Positions 56,935-64,000 of a stretch of 64,000 bases of DNA are shown here, piece by piece; positions within the stretch are counted from its first letter, which is position 1, and every line of letters begins with the position of its first letter. Source of the stretch: Candidatus Woesearchaeota archaeon (GTDB taxonomy: Archaea > Nanobdellota > Nanobdellia > Woesearchaeales > B72-G16). The notes under the pieces were generated by a model, which did not search any database, was not told the origin of the DNA, and saw nothing but the letters and a program-made list of their open reading frames with translations. Location: the NCBI GenBank assembly GCA_003650545.1, contig QMQO01000001.1, positions 4,845-68,844 of the forward strand, read 5' to 3'. A program made the position numbers and the translations under genes.

Positions 56935-57029
56935 TAGAAATTATAGTGTTTTAATTGAATCAACAATTGAGACAACAGTTTAATGTTCTTTGTTATCAAC
57001 TTTAAGTTTTTCTTTTTTTTTGGCTAAAG

Positions 57030-57047
57030 TTACCAAGATTACCAAGA
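57030..57047. repeat. two tandem copies of TTACCAAGA upstream of enolase
   Basis: Read directly: TTACCAAGA TTACCAAGA. Confidence 0.7.
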
Positions 57048-57119
57048 CACTGATAGAATTAAGTAGTTAAATTTATAAATAAAGGTCATTTATATTTAAC
57101 AAGAACAAGGTAATGATTT

Positions 57120-58367
57120 ATGGTGAAACTGGAAAAGGTAAAAGCAAGAGAGGTAATAGATTCTCGTGGAAACCCTACTGTAGAAGTTCAGATAGATACT
57201 TCTAAGGGTAGAGTCTTTGGCATAGCACCGAGTGGAGCTAGCATTGGTAGACATGAGGCATTAGAGATACGAGATCATAAAAAGGCTTATCTAGGTTTAG
57301 GTGTTACAAAAGCTGTAAGGAATGTTCCATTGTTAGCACAGAGGTTAAAAGGTAAACAGCTTGATATGATTAAGGCAGATAGAATTATTTCTAAAGCAGC
57401 TGGAAAAAATAAAATAAAATTTGGTGCAAATGCTACAACAGCATTAAGCATTGCTGTGGCCAGGGCTGATGCATTAAATAGAGGGCTTCCTTTGTATAAA
57501 TATATTTCTTATGTTAGTGGAAGAAAACTGAGAATGCCTGTCCCATTTGCAAATGTGATTAATGGTGGAAAACATGCATCTGGAGGTCTTGAGATACAAG
57601 AATTGATGATCGTTCCTGTAAAGGCCAAGAGTTTTAGGCAGGCAACACAGATGATATCAGAAACTTATCATGTTCTAAAACAAGATATAATCAAAAAGAT
57701 AGGCAAAGAATCTGCAAATGTTGCGGATGAGGGGGGCTTTGTGCCAAAGATTGCAAACACGTATGAGGCGTTAAGCTTGCTTAATGGTGCGATAGAAGAT
57801 GCAGGTTATCAAAGAAAGATGAAGATTGCTATAGATGCAGCAGCTAGTAATTTCTATTACATTAAAAGGTATGTTATTGATGGTGAAAAATTTTTCGGTG
57901 ATGGTTTGATTGATAAATATCAAGATCTAATAAACATGTTTCCAGTTATCTCAATAGAAGATCCTTTTGCAGAAGATGACTTTAGGAACTTTAAGATGTT
58001 TTATGAGCGCATTGGCCATAGGATTCAAGTTGTTGGCGATGATCTATTAGTGACAAATCCTGAGAGGATTAAGTTTGCTATCAAGGAGAAGCTTTGTGAT
58101 ACTCTGCTGATGAAGGTCAATCAGATCGGTACAGTGACAGAAGCTCTAGATGCTGCAAAGTTAGCTTTTGACGCAGGTTGGAATGTTATGGTGAGCCATA
58201 GAAGCGGTGAAACAGAAGATACATTTATATCTGATCTTGCTTGTGGTTTAGGCTGCGGCCAGATTAAATTAGGCGCGCCATGTCGCGGAGAAAGGACAGC
58301 TAAATATAATCGTTTGCTTAGAATAGAAGAAGAGCTTGGCAAAAAGGTGAAGTTTGGGTGGCAGTAA
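57120..58367 (+). CDS. eno: enolase
   Basis: VKAREVIDSRGNPTVEVQI, IEDPFAEDD, LLMKVNQIGT and SHRSGETEDT. Confidence 0.95.
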   Translation: MVKLEKVKAREVIDSRGNPTVEVQIDTSKGRVFGIAPSGASIGRHEALEIRDHKKAYLGLGVTKAVRNVPLLAQRLKGKQLDMIKADRIISKAAGKNKIKFGANATTALSIAVARADALNRGLPLYKYISYVSGRKLRMPVPFANVINGGKHASGGLEIQELMIVPVKAKSFRQATQMISETYHVLKQDIIKKIGKESANVADEGGFVPKIANTYEALSLLNGAIEDAGYQRKMKIAIDAAASNFYYIKRYVIDGEKFFGDGLIDKYQDLINMFPVISIEDPFAEDDFRNFKMFYERIGHRIQVVGDDLLVTNPERIKFAIKEKLCDTLLMKVNQIGTVTEALDAAKLAFDAGWNVMVSHRSGETEDTFISDLACGLGCGQIKLGAPCRGERTAKYNRLLRIEEELGKKVKFGWQ

Positions 58368-59878
58368 AACAACCGGTTATGCTAATTATACAGGATGGGT
58401 ATGGCTACAGAAGAAGTAAACAGTATAATGCTGTTGCATTAGCTAAAACGCCAAACTTTGATCATTATTGGAAGAAAAATCCTCATACTCTGCTACATGC
58501 GTCAGACCACTATGTTGGATTGCCTGATGGTTTCCCTGGTAATAGTGAAGTTGGTCACGAAAATCTTGGAGCAGGAAGAATTGTTGACCAAGATATGGTA
58601 AGGGTTAATAAGGCAATCAGAACAGGAGAGTTTTATAAAAATAAAGTTTTAATGGCTGCAATAGCTAATGTGAAGAAGAATAAAAGTAATCTCCATCTAA
58701 TGGGCTTGCTTTCAGACGGTGGTGTGCATTCACATATAGATCACCTATTTGCTTTGTTAAGGCTTGCTAAGAAACACAAGATTAAAAATGTTTATGTTCA
58801 TTGTTTTACAGATGGCAGAGATGTTAGGATTAAATCTGCAAAGAAATACATCAAGCAGTTGCAGGTGTATATGAAAAAACTTTGTGTTGGTGAGATTGCT
58901 AGTATTATAGGAAGATACTATTCAATGGATAGAGATAACAGATGGAATCGCGAGCATAAAGCATACGATGCAATGGTAAATGGATTTGGCCTTTATTATG
59001 ATGATCCAATCAAAGCTGTTGATGAGGCGTATAAGAGAGGAGAGACTGACGAGTTCATCAAACCAAACGTGATATATTGTAAAAGGCATAAAATTAGACA
59101 TCTAGTGAAAGATAACGATTCAATAATTTTCTTCAATTTTCGTAGTGATAGGGCAAGGCAGATAACAAAAGCGTTTGTTCAGGGCAGGTTTAAGGAATTT
59201 AAAAGACACAGAATAATAAAGCTTTATTTTGCTTCTTTGACTCAGTATGATAGTAAGATAAGGAATTCTCACGTTGTATTTTCTCCTGTTCATTTAAAAA
59301 ACATACTCGCAGATGTTTTGGATAGAAACAGGATTAGACAGTTGAGGGCTGCTGAAACAGAGAAATATGCACATGTTACCTATTTCTTTAACTGTGGTAG
59401 GGAGAGCCCATTTCCTACAGAGGATAGAATTTTGATTCCTAGTCCCAAAGTTTCAACATACGATCTTAAACCCGAGATGAGTGTAAACAAAATCAAGGAT
59501 TCTGTTATAGAGTATATTAGTAAAAAAAAGTTTGGTTTTGTGCTTGTTAATTTTGCTAATCCAGATATGGTAGGACATTCGGGAAAATTAAATCCAACAA
59601 TCAAGGCTGTTGAGTCAACTGATAGAGCATTGGGTTCTCTTGTTGACAGAGCGGTAAATCTTGGTTATGCTGTAATTATCACAGCAGACCATGGAAATGC
59701 AGAAGAGATGATTGGAAGGTATCAGACGAGCCACACTCGTAATAAGGTACATTGTATCTTAGTTAATTATGGTGAGAAGGTTAAATTGAAGGATGGTAGT
59801 ATTTCTAACATCGCTCCTACTGTGTTAAAGATAATGGGTTTGGAGAAACCTAAAGAGATGAGCGATGGGTTGTTTTGA
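58358..59878 (+). CDS. gpmI: 2,3-bisphosphoglycerate-independent phosphoglycerate mutase (GpmI type)
   Basis: LIIQDGYG, GNSEVGHENLGAGRIV, LLSDGGVHSH, NFANPDMVGH and TADHGNAE. A GTG start overlaps the eno stop. Confidence 0.9.
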   Translation: MAVKQPVMLIIQDGYGYRRSKQYNAVALAKTPNFDHYWKKNPHTLLHASDHYVGLPDGFPGNSEVGHENLGAGRIVDQDMVRVNKAIRTGEFYKNKVLMAAIANVKKNKSNLHLMGLLSDGGVHSHIDHLFALLRLAKKHKIKNVYVHCFTDGRDVRIKSAKKYIKQLQVYMKKLCVGEIASIIGRYYSMDRDNRWNREHKAYDAMVNGFGLYYDDPIKAVDEAYKRGETDEFIKPNVIYCKRHKIRHLVKDNDSIIFFNFRSDRARQITKAFVQGRFKEFKRHRIIKLYFASLTQYDSKIRNSHVVFSPVHLKNILADVLDRNRIRQLRAAETEKYAHVTYFFNCGRESPFPTEDRILIPSPKVSTYDLKPEMSVNKIKDSVIEYISKKKFGFVLVNFANPDMVGHSGKLNPTIKAVESTDRALGSLVDRAVNLGYAVIITADHGNAEEMIGRYQTSHTRNKVHCILVNYGEKVKLKDGSISNIAPTVLKIMGLEKPKEMSDGLF

Positions 59879-60449
59879 GTCGCGCTAGATGGCCAGACTT
59901 AATCTCTTTTTCGTATAATTCGACTGTTCTGGGATCATCGGGATCAACTAAATAATTTAAAGTGAACCAGCTTGCAGATTTTCCCCCGTCGCCACAATAG
60001 ATTGTTTTACACTCTAATGGTTTAACCTCTTGAATTCCGCAAAGTATTTTTACATCAGTAACTGCCTCTGTAAATCTTTCAAGTGCTTTCCAAAGCCTTA
60101 AAAAAGAATTTGCAGAAACATATATCCTGCTTCTTATTTCTTCAATTTGTTTTTCTTTCTTGATCCAACTTCCAACACCAAATATACAATAAAAGTTATA
60201 TTTTTTTGGTTTGAATCTGTTTTTGAAGTATACTTCAGTAGGAAGCAGTCCTTTAGACACTAAGTCATCAAAAGGAATGCTTAAATAATCCGCAATTCTT
60301 TCAGCTTCACCTTCTAGAAGTACAGGAGTTGAGCTTTCGCAACAAGTGCTTGTTTTACACTGTTTGCAGCCCAGATTTGAATAGGCTATGATGGTCTCTA
60401 AATCTGTGTTCGTTGTTATGTTTGGTTCAACTAGTTGTCTAAAGTTCAT
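59850..60449 (-). CDS. YkgJ-family Cys-cluster (zinc/iron-chelating) domain protein
   Basis: The N-terminal GCKQCKTSTCCES is a CxxCxxxxCC-type motif. Further Cys occur near the C-terminus (ECKTIYCGDG). Confidence 0.5.
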   Translation of the reverse strand: MNFRQLVEPNITTNTDLETIIAYSNLGCKQCKTSTCCESSTPVLLEGEAERIADYLSIPFDDLVSKGLLPTEVYFKNRFKPKKYNFYCIFGVGSWIKKEKQIEEIRSRIYVSANSFLRLWKALERFTEAVTDVKILCGIQEVKPLECKTIYCGDGGKSASWFTLNYLVDPDDPRTVELYEKEIKSGHLARLKTTHRSSL

Positions 60450-60547
60450 ATTACTACTATTTAGTGGCTATGAGCTTTATAAATTTTTCGCTTTTTTTGT
60501 TCAATTTTTTGTTAAGATTTTTTAAACATGATGTTTTTCTAGTGAAT

Positions 60548-61213
60548 ATGCAGATATCTAAGATTAAAAGAATGATTCCAGAGAGATTGTACGATGAATT
60601 GTCTAAGGTTATTTCTAAGCTGAGACCTTGCCAAGAGAAGGCTATTAAAGCTGGCATGTTAAGTGGAAGAAACCTTCTAGTATGTACGCCAACAGCTAGT
60701 GGAAAAACTTTGATTGCAGAGTTGGTTATGCTTAAGTCAATTTTAGAGCATAAGGGAAAAGCGATCTACATTGTACCTCTAAAAGCGCTTGCAAATGAAA
60801 AGTATAAAGATTTTACAGCACACTATGGACATCTTTGTAAGATAGCTATTGCTATCGGTGATTTTGATAGTCAGGATGCTTACTTAAGGAATTTTGATAT
60901 GATAATTTGCACATCTGAAAAATTAGATAGTTTGATTAGGCACAACACACCCTGGTTACGTGATGTTGCTGTTGTTATTGTTGACGAAATACACCTTTTG
61001 AATGATCCAGGCAGAGGACCGACGTTAGAGGTGTTAATAACTCTGTTACGGAAATTATTAGAAGATGTTCAAGTGATAGGATTGAGTGCAACAATAGGTA
61101 ATCCGGACGAACTTGCAGAATGGCTTGGAGCAGAGCTTGTTGAGGATAATTGGAGACCAGTTAAGTTAAAGCAAGGGGTTTATTTTATGGGCGAGATTGA
61201 GTTTAAGAAATAA
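60548..61213 (+). CDS. Hel308/Ski2-like helicase fragment (first RecA domain only)
   Basis: LRPCQEKAI (Q motif), CTPTASGKT (motif I), VIVDEIHLL (DEIH, motif II) and GLSATIGN (motif III). The ORF stops shortly after WRPVKLKQGVY. No RecA2, winged-helix or ratchet domains follow. Confidence 0.7.
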   Translation: MQISKIKRMIPERLYDELSKVISKLRPCQEKAIKAGMLSGRNLLVCTPTASGKTLIAELVMLKSILEHKGKAIYIVPLKALANEKYKDFTAHYGHLCKIAIAIGDFDSQDAYLRNFDMIICTSEKLDSLIRHNTPWLRDVAVVIVDEIHLLNDPGRGPTLEVLITLLRKLLEDVQVIGLSATIGNPDELAEWLGAELVEDNWRPVKLKQGVYFMGEIEFKK

Positions 61214-61297
61214 GATTTTATTTTAGGATGACGATGACAATGTCTATGTTTGGTTGATTAATTTTTGGTTGTCAGTTACTGGTTTTTTTGTTTTTGC

Positions 61298-61993
61298 TTA
61301 TTTAATCTTCTCCATTACAAAACAACTAACAGCAATCCTTACAATTCTTTTTTTATGAAACTTCATTGTTTGTTTGATTGGCAACTGAAATCGAATTTCG
61401 TCTATAATATTAAAATGATAGTCGCTTGCAACAGCCTGTACAAACTTTCTAGTTGAGGTTTTATGGAACGAATAAACAACATCAGCGATTCTGAATGCAG
61501 TTTCGAGAAAAATTTTATCAGCATGCTTTTGTTTTGTACCGAATGGGGGATTCATGATGACAGTGTCAATTCTTTTATCAAATTTTTTACCAAGATTCTT
61601 GATGTTATCACAAATAAACTTTGCTTTTCCTCTCATGATTTTAGGGTATCTTTTCTTTAGCAGATTTAAGTTTTCTTTAGCTAATGTTAATGCGTTTTTG
61701 TCTTCGTCGATAAAATAAACGAGCGAACTGCCTAACATCATAGTGCCTAAACCTAGTATCCCTGTGCCACAACCAAGATCAGCTATGCATTTTCTAGCTA
61801 GATGGCCATGCATGTGTGCATACCAGCAAATAGTTGCTGCTATCTCTGGATCAGTGCTGTATTGCTCTAATTTAGGCTCTGGTGAGTGAAATATAGCTAA
61901 TTTAGATAGTTCTATGGCTAGCTTGGATTTACTCACTCTGCTTATGTTTGTGCTTGAATAAGAGCTTGATTTTGTCATATTTATAGAATTCAT
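61298..61993 (-). CDS. SAM-dependent N6-adenine RNA methyltransferase (METTL5-like, COG2263 type)
   Basis: Motif I is IADLGCGTGILG and motif IV is VIMNPPFGT. Confidence 0.75.
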   Translation of the reverse strand: MNSINMTKSSSYSSTNISRVSKSKLAIELSKLAIFHSPEPKLEQYSTDPEIAATICWYAHMHGHLARKCIADLGCGTGILGLGTMMLGSSLVYFIDEDKNALTLAKENLNLLKKRYPKIMRGKAKFICDNIKNLGKKFDKRIDTVIMNPPFGTKQKHADKIFLETAFRIADVVYSFHKTSTRKFVQAVASDYHFNIIDEIRFQLPIKQTMKFHKKRIVRIAVSCFVMEKIK

Positions 61994-62174
61994 ACTCTAT
62001 GTTTAAAAAGGTTACCTTTTAAATTTGCTATTTGTAATTGGTGGATAATTATAAATTTTTATAAACAAGCTATAATTTCTGACTGACTGTTGGTGTGTGA
62101 TTGTTGATGTTCTAGCGTCGATAAACATCCTGTAGATGATTATAGATGATTCAAGCTGGTTGGGGGTTAAAAAT

Positions 62175-62690
62175 ATGGCAGAAACAAAAGAAGAAACAAT
62201 ACAATTAAAAAATGAATTGAACCAGATTCGTGAGGAGTTGGATGAGCATCTTATTGGCATTAATGAAAATACAACTGAGATAGAAACTCAATATGAATAT
62301 CTTTCTGAGATTGATGCAAAGATCGAGAAGCTAAGTGAGAAGATCGACGATATCTACTTGTTTTTAGGAGTGAATAAAGAGCATTATGAACTTAAAAGAG
62401 AGCTCACTCTTCGAGAAAAGGAGATATTTAAGATACTTTATCAGGAAGAGGTTGAGAATGTCGATTTCCGTTTTATCGCAAGAACACTGATATTACCTGT
62501 CTCTTTGGTTAAGCGCTCCATCGATAACATGATTGCGAAAGGCGTTCCAATTAATAAGAAATTCTTAAAATCAGGGGTTTATCTTTCATTAGATCGCTAC
62601 TTTAAACGGCTACAGGCAAAATTCAATCTTGTTGGTATTGAAAATAGCCCTAAAAAGATTATACAACTCTCACTTTTTGATTATAGATGA
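62175..62690 (+). CDS. coiled-coil plus putative HTH protein, function unknown
   Basis: The N-terminal coiled coil begins MAETKEETIQLKNELNQIREELDEH. The C-terminal LTLREKEIFKILYQ...RTLILPVSLVKRSIDNMIAKG is HTH-like. Confidence 0.45.
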   Translation: MAETKEETIQLKNELNQIREELDEHLIGINENTTEIETQYEYLSEIDAKIEKLSEKIDDIYLFLGVNKEHYELKRELTLREKEIFKILYQEEVENVDFRFIARTLILPVSLVKRSIDNMIAKGVPINKKFLKSGVYLSLDRYFKRLQAKFNLVGIENSPKKIIQLSLFDYR

Positions 62691-62922
62691 TGTTTTGGCT
62701 GGTGTTTTGATTGTTTTTTGTCGGTAGATTTCTGACATTTGTTCTAATTTAAACTAAAAAATTCGTTTTAATATTGATGCTAAATTAGCGTTATTTGTCT
62801 TAATTATGTCGTCTTTTATCGAGATAATTATCTTTACCTCAAGAATAATCTTAAATTTATCGAATCTGCAATTAAAAATTAATATATTCAATCAAAGTGC
62901 ATAAGTTTTAAAAGTTTTAGTT

Positions 62923-63414
62923 TTATTCTATATTTTTGCTGGTATTTTGCCGTTGTGATTTACTTATTTTTTCATTTTTCAGCAGCTTTTGGAGCTCAAG
63001 AATAAGTTTTGCTGTTTTTTCTGTGTTATTCCTAATTTTTATGGCTGTTTTTTCAAATGCACTTTCAAGAGTGTTTCCGTTTAATTTATACCCTATTATT
63101 ACTTTACTGTCTTTTATATAGCTAGTCTTTTTAATCAGATCAAGATCGATCCAACGTTTAAGATAATCGTACATAGTTTGCCTTGTGATGCCAGCAAAAA
63201 ATGCCATTTCCTCGACAGTAATCACTGCTTTTTCAGGTTGTCTTTCGCGACTAGCTTCTTTGGCACGCTCGTAAAGTTCTACTAAAACACGATTCATTTG
63301 CTCTGTAGAACCTTTTTTGCGAGGCATCAGTCCAATTCTATTAATGATGACATTTGCAAGCTCTTCTGAGTTAGAATTTAGATCTGGCTCATGATCCTGG
63401 AGTATGATCTTCAT
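62923..63414 (-). CDS. winged-helix transcriptional regulator-like protein
   Basis: The segment MAFFAGITRQTMYDYLKRWIDLDLIKK is an HTH followed by a wing-like segment. Confidence 0.5.
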   Translation of the reverse strand: MKIILQDHEPDLNSNSEELANVIINRIGLMPRKKGSTEQMNRVLVELYERAKEASRERQPEKAVITVEEMAFFAGITRQTMYDYLKRWIDLDLIKKTSYIKDSKVIIGYKLNGNTLESAFEKTAIKIRNNTEKTAKLILELQKLLKNEKISKSQRQNTSKNIE

Positions 63415-63542
63415 GCTTTCACCTTGTTTTTCCTTGTTTTTTTAACTTTTTTTCAATGGATTATGTTAAATTTATATAGAATAGAGCTATTATTTAAATC
63501 TATCGTCATAATTTCGACAACTGTCGTAATCTTTATATGTGT

Positions 63543-63579
63543 TTTTAATTTTTGATTAAAGCTTTTAATTTTGATTAAA
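63543..63579. promoter_or_regulatory. two tandem copies of TTTTAATTT(T)TGATTAAA (each containing the inverted repeat TTAAT..ATTAA) upstream of the 62923..63414 regulator
   Basis: Read directly. The position, 130-165 nt upstream of the divergent wHTH gene, suggests an operator, but this is inference. Confidence 0.35.
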
Positions 63580-64000
63580 ATTTTATTTTTTTAAGTATAG
63601 TTTTATATGTAAAATTATCGTCGAAAATTATGAGTTTTGCTCAAACATTTTTAGCAGATTCATTATGAGCCAGAATTAGTTGTTGTTTCTGAATGGTAAT
63701 ATTATTTGTTATAGATTTTTCGGATTTTTTTGGTGTGAATTTTGAGTTCAAATAATTTTCGATATAATCCCGAATTCATAAACAGGACAAAAACTGTGTT
63801 TTTCTGGGATGATCTTTTCATAATCGGCATTATATCGAAAAATGGGTTTTTTTCGTGCATAATCCCGTCAAAATAGTTTGGGGTGGTTTTACACAAGAAG
63901 CGGGCTTCACGGGTGTAAATATGCTAAAGTATGAACAAGTTAGAGAGTTTGAGCTAAATTGTAGGAATAATCCCGATAGAGTAAAATATGCGGTGTTTTT

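Noticed and set aside
1-64000. Looked for CRISPR arrays, cas genes, rRNA genes, reverse transcriptase/DGR components and transposases.
   Set aside because: No regularly spaced 25-40 nt direct repeats were seen. No recognisable Cas, RT or DDE motifs appear in any ORF. The only repeats are short tandem promoter repeats and coding repeats.

Overview
AT-rich, densely coding archaeal segment, most consistent with a small-genome DPANN-type archaeon. Archaeal identity rests on eS8, eL37, eL44, eS27, aIF1A, aIF2-alpha, aIF6, Nop10, an LSm protein, GINS, prefoldin alpha, a PAC2-type proteasome chaperone, a Methanococcus-like S-layer protein, and BHB-type tRNA introns. Several genes are bacterial-type, suggesting acquisition: M23 peptidase, SLT lytic transglycosylase, LspA, pyruvoyl PanD, GpmI, CapA and peptidase U32.

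Three parts stand out.
1. Positions 1-14.5 kb hold a co-directional, translationally coupled cluster that continues upstream of the window. At least eight products start with a type IV pilin-like (class III) signal layout. The cluster also encodes a secreted HExxH metalloprotease, a wHTH regulator, and finally an M23 endopeptidase and an SLT transglycosylase. I read this as a candidate pilus- or pseudopilus-like surface apparatus carrying cell-wall hydrolases. It is the best candidate for an undescribed system here.
2. All three tRNA genes are interrupted by 2-3 introns each, 8 in total. These include 14-18 nt mini-introns, non-canonical D-loop, T-loop, anticodon-stem and variable-loop positions, and a 7-nt anticodon micro-exon. 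I could draw bulge-helix-bulge cores for each by hand.
3. Several genes look degenerate or reduced:
- a family-B DNA polymerase-like protein with an intact-looking exonuclease but degenerate polymerase motifs;
- a tyrosine-recombinase-like protein lacking catalytic Arg I, placed next to a 1.5-kaa glycoprotein;
- a frameshifted GNAT/Fem-like gene;
- a Hel308-like fragment;
- an N-terminally short Dph2;
- a decayed ORF.

The rest is ordinary housekeeping, including ftsY-pfdA-aIF6, the eL44-eS27-aIF2a-nop10-PAC2 operon and eno-gpmI. No CRISPR array, rRNA gene or clear transposon was seen. All calls come from reading the sequence and translations by eye; no database search was run.
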